Assembly: GCA_963665295.1 (NCBI GenBank)
Contig: OY762209.1
Location: forward strand, 384,001 to 448,000
Direction of reading: 5' to 3'
Source of the DNA: Syntrophorhabdaceae bacterium
GTDB lineage: Bacteria > Desulfobacterota > Syntrophorhabdia > Syntrophorhabdales > Syntrophorhabdaceae
Length of the DNA stretch: 64,000 bases
The translations under genes were made by a program, and so were the position numbers. Below the pieces are notes generated by a model that had not been told where the DNA came from, searched no databases, and saw nothing but the letters and a program-made list of their open reading frames with translations. Positions 31,298-42,058 of the stretch are shown piece after piece (the first letter of the stretch is position 1; each line of letters begins with the position of its first letter).

Positions 31298-32371
31298 TCA
31301 GCATTGGTTAATCACTGCACTCACCAGGGCTTCGAGGGCATGGACTGCGTCTACTCCCCCCATCCTGATGGCCTCTTTGGGCATACCGAATACCACGCAC
31401 GATCTTTCGTCCTGGGCCATCGTGTAAGCTCCGGCCTCTTTCATCTCACACATACCCCTTGCTCCGTCATCACCCATGCCTGTCATAATGACTCCAATGG
31501 TGTTTCTTCCGGCATAGCGCGCTGCGGAGCGGAAAAGCACGTCTACGGACGGCCTGTGCCTGCATACGAGGGGTCCGTCCTTCACCTCAACGTGATATCT
31601 CGCGCCGCTTCTCTTCAACAAAGTGTGGTGGTTGCCCGGCGCAATGAGCGCCCGGCCCCGGAGTACCGTATCGTTGTTCTCCGCTTCCTTTACGGTTATC
31701 TTACACAGTCCGTTGAGTCTCTGGGCAAAGGCCCGCGTGAAGTGTTCGGGCATGTGTTGCACTATGACTATGCCGGGGGCGTCCTCAGGCATAGCCTCGA
31801 GAAACACCCTGAGCGCCTCTGTTCCGCCGGTCGAGGCCCCTACCACAACTACTTTCTCGGTGGTCTGAATCATGGCCCTGCTGGTGCTCTTTGCAATGAC
31901 CGCATCCGCAAAGAGCTTGGGTGACACCTGTAGGGTGCCGGCAGTGATATGACGTGGTTTAGCAGCTGCGGCGGCCTTTACCGAGTCACATATGCGTATC
32001 CTGGACTCCCCAAGAAACTGCTTTGTCCCCAGCACGGGCTTCTGGATAATGTCTATCGCGCCGTATTCCAAAGCCTTGAGTGTTGTCTCGGAACCTTGAG
32101 CGGTGAGGGTCGAACAGATCACCACGGGAATAGGGTGCTGGCTCATGATCTTCTGGAGAAACGTGATGCCGTCCATCCGGGGCATCTCAATGTCAAGGGT
32201 AATGACATCAGGAGCCTCTTCTCTGATCCTCTGGGCAGCAACGAAGGGATCGGGGGCAGCCCCAATCACTTCTATCCCGGGATCAGAGGAGAGGATTTCT
32301 TTCAGCGCATGCCGGACTACCGCAGAGTCATCGACGATCAGGACCTTGATTTTTCGGCTCGATATCGTCAA
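31298..32371 (-). CDS. cheB: Chemotaxis methylesterase (REC plus CheB)
   Basis: GASTGG, QHMP, HRPSVD, TGMGDDG. Confidence 0.96.
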   Translation of the reverse strand: MTISSRKIKVLIVDDSAVVRHALKEILSSDPGIEVIGAAPDPFVAAQRIREEAPDVITLDIEMPRMDGITFLQKIMSQHPIPVVICSTLTAQGSETTLKALEYGAIDIIQKPVLGTKQFLGESRIRICDSVKAAAAAKPRHITAGTLQVSPKLFADAVIAKSTSRAMIQTTEKVVVVGASTGGTEALRVFLEAMPEDAPGIVIVQHMPEHFTRAFAQRLNGLCKITVKEAENNDTVLRGRALIAPGNHHTLLKRSGARYHVEVKDGPLVCRHRPSVDVLFRSAARYAGRNTIGVIMTGMGDDGARGMCEMKEAGAYTMAQDERSCVVFGMPKEAIRMGGVDAVHALEALVSAVINQC

Positions 32372-32649
32372 ATGGTTGCCTCCGCCGGTGTGATCCTTGC
32401 TGCTCTCTTCGTAAACACCTCGCCCGTATGGGTAAAGAAGAGTATCCTTCTTGCAAAGGTCCCACCGGTATGGGAGACCAGAACCTTCAAGCCTTCCTTG
32501 AGGATCATCTGTCCTGCGGCCTCGATGTTTTCTTTACCCACCGAGATGCACGAACCGATAAGGATCATTACAAGGGACGGTTCTTGAGAGAAATGCGCTT
32601 CTCCCGGCTTAAGATAGAATGCGGGCAGTTTCGAACCGGAGAATCTCAT
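32368..32649 (-). pseudogene. cheD: CheD with in-frame internal deletion (93 aa)
   Basis: YLKPGE...IGSCISV joined directly to GKENIEAA...GG..RRILF...TGEV; central part with the catalytic His and the FGG motif is absent; lies between cheR and cheB. Confidence 0.8.
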
Positions 32650-33590
32650 ACTTCTTTTGCCCTCCTGTACACCGTAGGGCCCACCTGGACCAGGGGCACG
32701 TCCATGCCGTGAAGGTTTTCGGAGTGGCCCATAAAGAGATAGCCTTGCGGCGCAAGGTAACGGCACAGTCTCTTAAGCAGTTGCTCCTGGGTTTTCCTGT
32801 CGAAGTAGATGATTACGTTGCGGCAGAAAATAATGTGAACAGCCTCACTTATGTCATACGTCTTGTCCATCAGGTTAAGTCTCCTGAACTGCACAAGGGA
32901 CCTCAGGGCCGGTGCAATTTTCACGACCTGCTTCGTCCTGTCCTTGCTCCTCAGAAGGTATTTCTTCTTGAATTCTTGAGGTATAGGTAGTGCCCTCTCC
33001 AGATCGTAGATCCCGATCCTGCCTTTCTCCAGCACCCTCGTGGATATGTCCGTGGCCAGTACGGAAAAACGATAGCCCGGGCATCTTTCCTTGAACTCAC
33101 TTGCTACCATGGCCATCGTGTAGGGTTCCTCTCCTGTCGAGCACGCGGCGCTCCACAAATTGAGTGTTTTCCTCACACCCACATCCTGATTGTCGAGAAG
33201 GTCCGGAAGGACCTTGCGAACAAGGTAATCAAAATGATCCGGCTCCCTGAAGAAGTCGGTCTTGTTGGTGGTCACAAGGTCTATCATGGGTGAAGACTCG
33301 CGGATCATCCCTTCCTTACTGAAAAGGTAGTCGCAGTATTCGCTAAAGGACTTCAAATCCAACGCTTTCAGCCTTTTGCGAAGACGGGTCTCCAGCATTG
33401 TCTTCTTCGTCCCCGGCATCAGGATCCCGCATGCCCTGTAGATGAGATCGCTTAACCGTGCGAAATCTCTGGAAGAGAGTTGAGTTTCCCCGTGCACCCC
33501 TCGTGACGCATTGTATGCCGATTCCCTGCCCATCCTGTTTTTGGCGCCTCCCTTCGCATGGTCTCGCCGATCGCAGCGAGAAGACGTCAC
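32646..33590 (-). CDS. cheR: Chemotaxis methyltransferase (start may be 33533)
   Basis: TTNKTDFFRE, WSAACSTGEEPY, IFCRNVIIYFD, GHSE. Confidence 0.95.
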   Translation of the reverse strand: MTSSRCDRRDHAKGGAKNRMGRESAYNASRGVHGETQLSSRDFARLSDLIYRACGILMPGTKKTMLETRLRKRLKALDLKSFSEYCDYLFSKEGMIRESSPMIDLVTTNKTDFFREPDHFDYLVRKVLPDLLDNQDVGVRKTLNLWSAACSTGEEPYTMAMVASEFKERCPGYRFSVLATDISTRVLEKGRIGIYDLERALPIPQEFKKKYLLRSKDRTKQVVKIAPALRSLVQFRRLNLMDKTYDISEAVHIIFCRNVIIYFDRKTQEQLLKRLCRYLAPQGYLFMGHSENLHGMDVPLVQVGPTVYRRAKEV

Positions 33591-33622
33591 CTCATTGCCC
33601 GGACTTTTCCATGAGAGATCTT

Positions 33623-34132
33623 CTATACGGCCTCCCTCATTTCAGAGTCTGCCTCTTTGCTGTTCGCGGCCGGAAGGTCTTCCTCAGAGAACACTCTGTC
33701 GATATCGAGAATCATAATGAACTCACTGCCGCGCTTTCCGATACCTTTCAGGAATTCCGTTTTGAGCAGGGTGCCCATTTTCGGGGGAGATTCTATCTGC
33801 TCCGGATCAAGCTCTATAACTTCCTGGACCGAGTCTGCAAGCGCCCCCAGCACGGTTGTCTCCCCTTCAAAATCAATCTCCAGGACGATAATGCACGTAT
33901 CTACGCATGACTGGGTCAGACTCATCCTGAATTTCGACCGGAGGTCAAGAACAGGAACTACGCTTCCCCGCACGTTAATCACGCCCCGCATGAACTCGGG
34001 ACTCTTCGGCACTTTCGTGATATTGATGTATTCAAGTATCTCCCGAACCTTTGCTACCTCCACGGCAAATACTTCATTGGATAGTTTGAAAGTCAGGTAC
34101 TGCGCTGCCTCGGTGATGCCTGTGACGCTCAT
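33623..34132 (-). CDS. cheW: Chemotaxis adaptor
   Basis: QYLTF, VREIL, GVINVRGSVVPVLDL. Confidence 0.95.
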   Translation of the reverse strand: MSVTGITEAAQYLTFKLSNEVFAVEVAKVREILEYINITKVPKSPEFMRGVINVRGSVVPVLDLRSKFRMSLTQSCVDTCIIVLEIDFEGETTVLGALADSVQEVIELDPEQIESPPKMGTLLKTEFLKGIGKRGSEFIMILDIDRVFSEEDLPAANSKEADSEMREAV

Positions 34133-34155
34133 GGATACCTCCTTCGTAAGGCTAT

Positions 34156-34220
34156 GGTATGGAGCGAAGGACCTTGTAGCTGAGCCTCAGGGCTTCCCTC
34201 TTCGCCCCTCGCTCCATACC
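34156..34220. other. Long intergenic hairpin between the receptor gene and cheW
   Basis: 12-bp inverted repeat GGTATGGAGCGA / TCGCTCCATACC. Confidence 0.55.
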
Positions 34221-34227
34221 GTTCCAT

Positions 34228-37200
34228 TTAGAATCGCTCAAATTCCTCGTCCGATCCGTTTCCCGTGTCACCGAGGTTAAGGGAAATGCCCGACATCACG
34301 CTCTTCTTTGGCTCCCTATGAGGCCTTCCGTTTTTTGGCTGGCCAACCACCACACGAGAGACGCGTGGCTTGACAGTTTCGGTCGGCATTGATCTCGCCA
34401 GATGCATATTGGCATTGTCGCGAGTGGCCATACCATTTCCATCACTCTTTATCTTGAAGAAGGCGATGGCGCCCTTCAACTGTTCCGACTGGGAGGACAA
34501 CTCCTCTGACATGGAGGACATCTGTTCTGCAGCGCCTGCATTCTGTTGGATAACCTGGTTCAACTGCTGGATGGCTGAATTGACCTGTTCCGCGCCCGAG
34601 TTCTGTTCTACGCTTGCCGCGGTTATCTCCTGGACAAGCTCCGAAGTCTTCTTGATGTCCGGTACCAACTTTGTCAGCAATCCTCCTGCCAGTTCCGCCA
34701 CCTCCACACTCGAAGCGGAGAGCTTGCTTATTTCACCGGCGGCCGTCTGACTTCTTTCTGCCAATTTACGCACCTCGGAAGCCACCACCGCAAATCCTTT
34801 GCCATGCTCGCCGGCCCTTGCGGCTTCGATGGCTGCATTGAGGGCAAGGAGGTTTGTCTGACGGGCTATTTCCTCCACGATCGATATTTTGCCCGCTATT
34901 TCCTTCATTGCGCTTACTGTTTGGGTAACCGCCTTGCCGCTTTCCTCTGCGTCGCCAGCGGATTTGAGGGCTATTCTCTCGGTCTGCTGAGCGTTATCGG
35001 TATTCTGCTTTATCGTGGATGCCATTTCTTCCATGGAGGATGAGGCCTCCTCTGCAGACGCGGCCTGTTCTGTCGAACCCTGGGATATCTGTTCAGCCGT
35101 GGAACTCATTTGCTGGCTCCCCGCGGCCACCTGGTTTGATGCCTCCATAATACTCCTCACCACCTCGGTGATGCCGTTTACCATCGATGAGAGGGCCTGC
35201 ATAAGTCTGTCCTCTCCAGACCTTTCCTTTATGGTTACCACGAGATTGCCCCCCGCTATCTCCTGCGCAACGGACGTGACCTGATTCATGGCTTCTGTAA
35301 GCACATTGAGGTTGTTTTTGATCTCGTTGAAGTCACCATTATAGATGTCGGTGATCTTGGGGGGGATGTCGCCCTTGGAGATACGGTCTACGTATTCGGC
35401 AGTGACGTTGATGGGTCCTACGAAGGCATCGACAAGGTTATTGACTCCGCCTACCAGCTGACCCCAGCCGCCTACGAACTTGCCTGCCTCACCACGGACC
35501 GACAACTGACCTGCGATGGTTGCCCTGACCAGCTTGTCCGTTTCTGCAAGAAGGCCGCTCATGGTGTCGATACAGGCATTGAGGTTGTTTTTGATCTCGT
35601 TGAAGTCACCATTATAGATGTCGGTGATCTTGGGGGGGATGTCGCCCTTGGAGATACGGTCTACGTATTCGGCAGTGACGTTGATGGGTCCTACGAAGGC
35701 ATCGACAAGGTTATTGACTCCGCCTACCAGCTGACCCCAGCCGCCTACGAACTTGCCTGCCTCACCACGGACCGACAACTGACCTGCGATGGTTGCCCTG
35801 ACCAGCTTGTCCGTTTCTGCAAGAAGGCCGCTCATGGTGTCGATACAGGCATTGAGGTTGTTTTTGATCTCGTTGAAGTCACCATTATAGATGTCGGTGA
35901 TCTTGGGGGGGATGTCGCCCTTGGAGATACGGTCTACGTATTCGGCAGTGACGTTGATGGGTCCTACGAAGGCATCGACAAGGTTATTGACTCCGCCTAC
36001 CAGCTGACCCCAGCCGCCTACGAACTTGCCTGCCTCACCACGGACCGACAACTGACCTGCGATGGTTGCCCTGACCAGCTTGTCCGTTTCTGCAAGAAGG
36101 CCGCTCATGGTGTCGATACAGGCATTGAGGTTGTTTTTGATCTCGTTGAAGTCACCATTATAGATGTCGGTGATCTTGGGGGGGATGTCGCCCTTGGAGA
36201 TACGGTCTACGTATTCGGCAGTGACGTTGATGGGTCCTACGAAGGCATCGACAAGGTTATTGACTCCGCCTACCAGCTGACCCCAGCCGCCTACGAACTT
36301 GCCTGCCTCACCACGGACCGACAACTGACCTGCGATGGTTGCCCTGACCAGCTTGTCCGTTTCTGCAAGAAGGCCGCTCATGGTGTCGATACAGGCATTG
36401 AGGTTGTTTTTGATCTCGTTGAAGTCACCATTATAGATGTCGGTGATCTTGGGGGGGATGTCGCCCTTGGAGATACGGTCTACGTATTCGGCAGTGACGT
36501 TGATGGGTCCTACGAAGGCATCGACAAGGTTATTGACTCCGCCTACCAGCTGACCCCAGCCGCCTACGAACTTGCCTGCCTCACCACGGACCGACAACTG
36601 ACCTGCGATGGTTGCCCTGACCAGCTTGTCCGTTTCTGCAAGAAGGCCGCTCATGGTGTCGATACAGGCATTGAGGTTGTTTTTGATCTCGTTGAAGTCA
36701 CCATTATAGATGTCGGTGATCTTGGGGGGGATGTCGCCCTTGGAGATACGGTCTACGTATTCGGCAGTGACGTTGATGGGTCCTACGAAGGCATCGACAA
36801 GGTTATTGACTCCGCCTACCAGCTGACCCCAGCCGCCTACGAACTTGCCTGCCTCACCACGGACCGACAACTGACCTGCGATGGTTGCCCTGACCAGCTT
36901 GTCCGTTTCTGCAAGAAGGCCGCTCATGGTGTCGATACAGGCATTGAGGTTGTTTTTGATCTCGTTGAAGTCACCATTATAGATGTCGGTGATCTTGGGG
37001 GGGATGTCGCCCTTGGAGATACGGTCTACGTATTCGGCAGTGACGTTGATGGGTCCTACGAAGGCATCGACAAGGTTATTGACTCCGCCTACCAGCTGAC
37101 CCCAGCCGCCTACGAACTTGCCTGCCTCACCACGGACCGACAACTGACCTGCGATGGTTGCCCTGACCAGCTTGTCCGTTTCTGCAAGAAGGCCGCTCAT

Positions 37201-38031
37201 GGTGTCGATACAGGCATTGAGGTTGTTTTTGATCTCGTTGAAGTCACCATTATAGATGTCGGTGATCTTGGGGGGGATGTCGCCCTTGGAGATACGGTCT
37301 ACGTATTCGGCAGTGACGTTGATGGGTCCTACGAAGGCATCGACAAGGTTATTGACTCCGCCTACCAGCTGACCCCAGCCGCCTACGAACTTGCCTGCCT
37401 CACCACGGACCGACAACTGACCTGCGATGGTTGCCCTGACCAGCTTGTCCGTTTCTGCAAGAAGGCCGCTCATGGTGTCGATACAGGCATTGAGGTTGTT
37501 TTTGATCTCGTTGAAGTCACCATTATAGATGTCGGTGATCTTGGGGGGGATGTCGCCCTTGGAGATACGGTCTACGTATTCGGCGGCCACGTTCAAGGGC
37601 CCGATGACTGCATCCAAAGTCTGGTTCACTCCCTCCACGATCTTCCTGTAATCCCCCTGATGCTTCGATGCATCGGCTCTGGTGGCCAGTCTGCCTTCTA
37701 CCGCAGCCTTTGAGAGCATGTCGGCATCTGTGATGAGACTGGACAGATTCTCTTTCAAAGAATCCATACTGTCGTTGGCCACTGCGAGTTTGCCCGGCAG
37801 CTTCTCGAGAACCTGGGAGAAGTCTCCTTCGGCATAGGAACCTGCGATATCGGCTATCTTAAGGGAATTGTCAATGTGGAATCTAACCAATTCATTTACG
37901 TCTGCGACAATCTGCCCGAAATCCCCTCTGTAATTGTCCGATGGAATGAACCAGTCGATCTCACCTTTCTTCTGCATTTCCAGCATCTTCCTCATGTCGT
38001 TCATGAATGCTTTCTTTGTTGAATTAAACAT
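34228..38031 (-). CDS. Soluble poly-HAMP methyl-accepting chemoreceptor with C-terminal pentapeptide EFERF
   Basis: [30 protein letters not shown] hairpin tip; no TM segment; 91-aa repeats. Confidence 0.95.
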   Translation of the reverse strand: MFNSTKKAFMNDMRKMLEMQKKGEIDWFIPSDNYRGDFGQIVADVNELVRFHIDNSLKIADIAGSYAEGDFSQVLEKLPGKLAVANDSMDSLKENLSSLITDADMLSKAAVEGRLATRADASKHQGDYRKIVEGVNQTLDAVIGPLNVAAEYVDRISKGDIPPKITDIYNGDFNEIKNNLNACIDTMSGLLAETDKLVRATIAGQLSVRGEAGKFVGGWGQLVGGVNNLVDAFVGPINVTAEYVDRISKGDIPPKITDIYNGDFNEIKNNLNACIDTMSGLLAETDKLVRATIAGQLSVRGEAGKFVGGWGQLVGGVNNLVDAFVGPINVTAEYVDRISKGDIPPKITDIYNGDFNEIKNNLNACIDTMSGLLAETDKLVRATIAGQLSVRGEAGKFVGGWGQLVGGVNNLVDAFVGPINVTAEYVDRISKGDIPPKITDIYNGDFNEIKNNLNACIDTMSGLLAETDKLVRATIAGQLSVRGEAGKFVGGWGQLVGGVNNLVDAFVGPINVTAEYVDRISKGDIPPKITDIYNGDFNEIKNNLNACIDTMSGLLAETDKLVRATIAGQLSVRGEAGKFVGGWGQLVGGVNNLVDAFVGPINVTAEYVDRISKGDIPPKITDIYNGDFNEIKNNLNACIDTMSGLLAETDKLVRATIAGQLSVRGEAGKFVGGWGQLVGGVNNLVDAFVGPINVTAEYVDRISKGDIPPKITDIYNGDFNEIKNNLNACIDTMSGLLAETDKLVRATIAGQLSVRGEAGKFVGGWGQLVGGVNNLVDAFVGPINVTAEYVDRISKGDIPPKITDIYNGDFNEIKNNLNACIDTMSGLLAETDKLVRATIAGQLSVRGEAGKFVGGWGQLVGGVNNLVDAFVGPINVTAEYVDRISKGDIPPKITDIYNGDFNEIKNNLNVLTEAMNQVTSVAQEIAGGNLVVTIKERSGEDRLMQALSSMVNGITEVVRSIMEASNQVAAGSQQMSSTAEQISQGSTEQAASAEEASSSMEEMASTIKQNTDNAQQTERIALKSAGDAEESGKAVTQTVSAMKEIAGKISIVEEIARQTNLLALNAAIEAARAGEHGKGFAVVASEVRKLAERSQTAAGEISKLSASSVEVAELAGGLLTKLVPDIKKTSELVQEITAASVEQNSGAEQVNSAIQQLNQVIQQNAGAAEQMSSMSEELSSQSEQLKGAIAFFKIKSDGNGMATRDNANMHLARSMPTETVKPRVSRVVVGQPKNGRPHREPKKSVMSGISLNLGDTGNGSDEEFERF
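35304..37584. repeat. 273-bp tandem repeat, 8 full copies plus 97 bp, within the receptor gene
   Basis: Unit starts at 35304, 35577, 35850, 36123, 36396, 36669, 36942, 37215, 37488; no differences seen by eye. Confidence 0.97.
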
Positions 38032-38106
38032 GCCGCCCCCTCGTGTCCGCTTTATTGTATTGCATAACCCCTCCTTTCGTATCCTTTTCCGATTTTTACC
38101 TCCATC

Positions 38107-38715
38107 TTATGCAAACGTTCCCATGAGACATGACGTCTTCACATTCTTTATCGTATTCCGGAGCATCTCTTTTATCCCTTTTCTTGACGGCGCGTCGTGG
38201 CCGGAGTAGACGACACTGATATCGAGATTGTTGAGCCTTTCGATAACCTTTATGAACTCTTTCGTGTACGACCCACCCGCGCTCAGTACCCTCAAAGGCG
38301 TATCTCCAGAAAAGAGCGTCCCTTCCTCACGGCAATACAGGCAGATGGAGTCGCTGGAATGCATGGGCACATGTATTACCTCGATCTCTCGGTCGCCGAT
38401 TTGTAGGACTTGCCCATCCTTTAGAACCACGTCAACATGCTCGTCTTCGTGAAACGCATAAACCGTCGGCTGATACATCTTCTTGATGACTGAAAGATTT
38501 CCAGTATGATCGAAATGGTTATGGGTAAGAATGAGACGCTCAACCTTCTTTTTTCCGACTCCCACATTAGACCTCTCCAACTCTTCCAGGATTGATTCAT
38601 CCGTCCCCGCATCGATAAGCGTATTGACGTCTTCCAGCCTGTTCCAGTCCCCCTGTACGAGATAGGCGTTCGAAGAATAGACCCTGTTGTTCCTGTTGAG
38701 GAGAGTTACTTTCAC
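38107..38715 (-). CDS. Metallo-beta-lactamase fold protein
   Basis: THNHFDHTG (HxHxDH), PMHS, SGD, SGH. Confidence 0.9.
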   Translation of the reverse strand: MKVTLLNRNNRVYSSNAYLVQGDWNRLEDVNTLIDAGTDESILEELERSNVGVGKKKVERLILTHNHFDHTGNLSVIKKMYQPTVYAFHEDEHVDVVLKDGQVLQIGDREIEVIHVPMHSSDSICLYCREEGTLFSGDTPLRVLSAGGSYTKEFIKVIERLNNLDISVVYSGHDAPSRKGIKEMLRNTIKNVKTSCLMGTFA

Positions 38716-39323
38716 GCCCCTTCCGCCTTTCGGAATATCTGTCCGTGGGGAGCAACCTTTACAAAAAGGGAGTCCAGTTCAGGAGGCATCTTCTGTGTCT
38801 GCTCAGTCGCGAAGTATCCTCCGGGGGCCAACGATCTATGGAACATCTTTATCACTTCTATGCGCTCCGCAGGCTGAAAATGGAGGAGCACGTTCTTGCA
38901 GAGTATGAGGCTAAAGTTGCCTCCTATCGGCGCGAGCGAAAGGAGGTCGTGGCGCTGATACATGACCCTGTCCCTCACTGCATCCGCCACCTGACGGCAC
39001 TTCCCCCCATTCACGGGCATGAAATACTTTTCAAGCAGTTCGGGAGGAACCCGCTGTAATTCTTCGTTGGGATATGTGCCTGACCTCACCATATCTTCAA
39101 CACCGTTCCCCTCCTCTATATCCGTTGCATGGATCTGGAGGTTTCTGAAGGCGAAATGCCCCATGTGTTCTGCAAAAAGGATCGAAAGGGAATAGACCTC
39201 CTGCCCCATAGCACACCCGGCATCCCACACCTTTACATTACTCCTGCCCATCACATCCGGAACCGCATGCTCCATTATGAGTTCCAGTATCTGCATATCC
39301 CTGAAAAAAAATGTGAATGCCAT
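38712..39323 (-). CDS. Short CheR-like SAM-dependent methyltransferase lacking the N-terminal helical domain
   Basis: TFFFRD at the very N-terminus, WDAGCAMGQEVYS, LCKNVLLHF. Confidence 0.85.
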   Translation of the reverse strand: MAFTFFFRDMQILELIMEHAVPDVMGRSNVKVWDAGCAMGQEVYSLSILFAEHMGHFAFRNLQIHATDIEEGNGVEDMVRSGTYPNEELQRVPPELLEKYFMPVNGGKCRQVADAVRDRVMYQRHDLLSLAPIGGNFSLILCKNVLLHFQPAERIEVIKMFHRSLAPGGYFATEQTQKMPPELDSLFVKVAPHGQIFRKAEGA

Positions 39324-41423
39324 CTATGCCACCTCTTTAGCCTGGGCTGCCGAAGCGAGGGCCGCCACGTCAAGGATAAGGGCCACGGTACCGTCTCCCA
39401 TAATGGTCGCCCCTGAGACACCCCCCACACTCCGGTACATCCGCCCGAGGCTCTTGATTACGGTCTGGTGCTCGCCCACAACCTGGTCCACGGCAAAGCC
39501 GATCCTCTGGCCATTTGTTTCTGCGATTATGACCTGTTCTATGGATGGCTCTCTCCCTTGGATATCAAAGGTTTCTCTGAGACGTATATAGGGAACCAGT
39601 TGGCCCCTGAGGTTCACCAAGCGGCGGCCGTTGGCCTTCTCTATCTCTTCCCGGGGGAGCTCTATGCACTCCTCCACTGTCGAGAGGGGAAGCACAAAGA
39701 AGCCGTTGTCCACGCTCGCGAGCAGTCCGTCGATGATGGCCAGGGTAAGAGGCAGGCGGAGCGTAATGCTGGTCCCCACATCTTTTTCGCTTTCCACTTC
39801 AATGAAACCCCGCAGGGCGTCGATTGTCTTCCTGACCACATCCATGCCCACTCCACGACCAGATACATTGGTCACTTCGCTGGCCGTTGAAAATCCAGGC
39901 GCAAAAATAAGAGAGAATATGTCCCTGTCGGCAAGTTCAGCATCCCTTGCCACGAGACCTTTTTCGATTGCTTTGGCTCGTATCTTCTCCCGGTCAAGTC
40001 CGGCGCCATCGTCGATTATCTTTATGAGGACATTGGCTCCCCCATAACCCGCAGACAGGCGTATTGTTCCTGTCCTGGGTTTCCCCGAGGCCTCCCTCTT
40101 CTCAGGAGATTCTACTCCGTGATCTATACTGTTTCTGATAATGTGGATAAGGGGATCATTCAATCTTTCAATAACAGTCTTGTCGAGTTCCGTTTCCGCC
40201 CCTTCGGTTATCAGCTCAATCTCTTTCCCTAAGTCCCTGGAAAGGTCCCTGACCAAGCGTTTAAATCTTGCGAAGGTGGTTCCAATGGGCAACATTCGAA
40301 TGTTCATCGTATTATCCCGGAGTTCCTCCGTCAGGCGCTCGACCTCTTCTGCGATAAGAAGTAATTCCGGATCTTTCACCACATTTGATTTCGCGCTCAG
40401 ACGCGCCTGAACCGTGACAAGCTCACCCACCAGGTCCACAAGCTTGTCGAGCTTTTCTGCGGCCACTCTTATACTCTGGGAGGATTCCTCTTTCTGCCTT
40501 TTTTCCTTTACCCCCCGCACATGCGCCTGCTCCATGAGGGCAGACTCGACCTTGCTTTTCGACACGAGACCCGCGTCCACAAGGAGTTGCCCGATAGGCT
40601 TCTTTTCCTTGAGCACCCTTTCTATATCTTCCTGTCCGACGTCGCCCCGTTCCAACAGGATCTCTCCGAGCCGCTTATATTCCTTTTCGTCATTCTCCTC
40701 GCTCGCTTCATCGATGGTCTCGATGGCAATGTCCGAGTCGCCCTCCACGAACACAAAGGCATCCTTAATCGCATCGATACCCCGGTCTGTGGTAAGAATT
40801 ATGTCCCACCACGTATAGCAGAGCTCGGGATCTAATTCCCCGATAGGAGGAATGGCATGCCGCTCGGCCACTACTGCGCTGGGCCCAAGCCCCCGGAGTT
40901 CGCTCAGGATGAGTAAAGGGTTTGTCCCTCTCTGAAAGATATCCAAAGAAGGACGAAACCGGATGCGATATGTTGTCTGAACCTGTTCAGGGAGGGCAGG
41001 AGACGTCTTCTCCCCTGGTTGCACGACCGGGTCACTCGCAGGTATCAAAGCCTTAAAAGAAGCCGCAATCCTTTTGATGAATGGTTCGTCCAACGACTCC
41101 CCACTGTAAGAATTATCGAGCATCATGCGAATGCAGTCCCGCGCCTTGAGGGTGAGGTCGATAAGTTCCCTAGTGACGGGTATTCCCCCGCTGCGCACGA
41201 GATCGAACACCGTCTCAACGCCGTGTGTAAATGCCGCGATACTATCAAACCCGAACATTGAGCCGGATCCTTTGATGGTGTGCATTGCGCGGAAGACCTT
41301 GCCCACCAGTTCCGCGTCTTCCGGGGCTTCCTCGAGCTCCAGTAAAGAAGTCTCGAGTTCCGCGAGCAATTCGTTTGCCTCATCACGGTAGGCCGCCCTA
41401 CATGCGTCGTTTTCAGCCTTCAT
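39324..41423 (-). CDS. cheA: Chemotaxis histidine kinase
   Basis: FRAMHTIKG P1, IRNSIDHG, SGRGVGMDVV, LPLTLAII, P5. Confidence 0.96.
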   Translation of the reverse strand: MKAENDACRAAYRDEANELLAELETSLLELEEAPEDAELVGKVFRAMHTIKGSGSMFGFDSIAAFTHGVETVFDLVRSGGIPVTRELIDLTLKARDCIRMMLDNSYSGESLDEPFIKRIAASFKALIPASDPVVQPGEKTSPALPEQVQTTYRIRFRPSLDIFQRGTNPLLILSELRGLGPSAVVAERHAIPPIGELDPELCYTWWDIILTTDRGIDAIKDAFVFVEGDSDIAIETIDEASEENDEKEYKRLGEILLERGDVGQEDIERVLKEKKPIGQLLVDAGLVSKSKVESALMEQAHVRGVKEKRQKEESSQSIRVAAEKLDKLVDLVGELVTVQARLSAKSNVVKDPELLLIAEEVERLTEELRDNTMNIRMLPIGTTFARFKRLVRDLSRDLGKEIELITEGAETELDKTVIERLNDPLIHIIRNSIDHGVESPEKREASGKPRTGTIRLSAGYGGANVLIKIIDDGAGLDREKIRAKAIEKGLVARDAELADRDIFSLIFAPGFSTASEVTNVSGRGVGMDVVRKTIDALRGFIEVESEKDVGTSITLRLPLTLAIIDGLLASVDNGFFVLPLSTVEECIELPREEIEKANGRRLVNLRGQLVPYIRLRETFDIQGREPSIEQVIIAETNGQRIGFAVDQVVGEHQTVIKSLGRMYRSVGGVSGATIMGDGTVALILDVAALASAAQAKEVA

Positions 41424-41551
41424 CCCAACACCTTTTTCGCTACGGAGAGAGGTTGTTTCGACCTGAAGGGCTTGCCCGCCTCCTTGAGGGTGAAGCCAAC
41501 CGTTTGGCGAACACTTGCCGGGTCGTCTACCGTCATGATGAGCTTGCTCAT
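41420..41551 (-). pseudogene. cheY: CheY with in-frame internal deletion (43 aa; not in the ORF track)
   Basis: GGAGG RBS; MSKLIMTVDDPASVRQTVGFTLKEAG joined to KPFRSKQPLSVAKKVLG; ATGA overlaps with both the STAS gene and cheA; phospho-acceptor Asp region missing. Confidence 0.85.
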
Positions 41552-41895
41552 TGGTTCCTCCCCGGCCAGAGACACGTGGTGGTGCCTTTGGCAAAACCAC
41601 AGCTGTACTTCACGAACCCGGCGTCGAGGGCTGTGCGCATAAAAGACTCCGAAGGCTCCCCTTCAAACGAGATAAGCCTGTTCTCTGCCTCAAAGGCCCG
41701 GTGGGCGGAACAGATCAATTGAAGGACCGCAACATCGGCGCTGGCCACCCTTTCAAGACATATGCGGACATTTTGCTTAAGATCGGATGCCTCCGACAAG
41801 GCGTTCTTCAGTTCTCCCGCGTGTTCGATCGTCAGGTCGCCTTCCAGTCTGAGCTTTTGTGTGTTCCCTGTAGTCTCCACTGTCATCTCCATCAT
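41548..41895 (-). CDS. STAS domain protein
   Basis: LEGDLTIEHAGELK...DVAVLQLICSAHR; usual position before cheY-cheA. Confidence 0.85.
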   Translation of the reverse strand: MMEMTVETTGNTQKLRLEGDLTIEHAGELKNALSEASDLKQNVRICLERVASADVAVLQLICSAHRAFEAENRLISFEGEPSESFMRTALDAGFVKYSCGFAKGTTTCLWPGRNQ

Positions 41896-42058
41896 AATCC
41901 CCCGTTAGTTGCGTCAGAATTCATGTTCCCGGAGCAAGCTTTCATAGATAGGCCGTTCTGTTCCTGTGTGGTACGGACGGCTTAAACCGCCCTTACATAT
42001 TCCATCTGCCCGTGTGCCTCATCCAGGGAAGCACAATAAGTCCGTTCCGGGAGATACA

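Noticed and set aside
35304..37584. Long repeats as CRISPR or a DGR template
   Set aside because: In-frame coding repeats, no spacers, no adenine-specific variation, no reverse transcriptase in the window
41424..41600. N-terminal extension of CheA in the ORF track
   Set aside because: The region is occupied by the STAS gene end and the cheY stub in other frames; CheA starts at 41423
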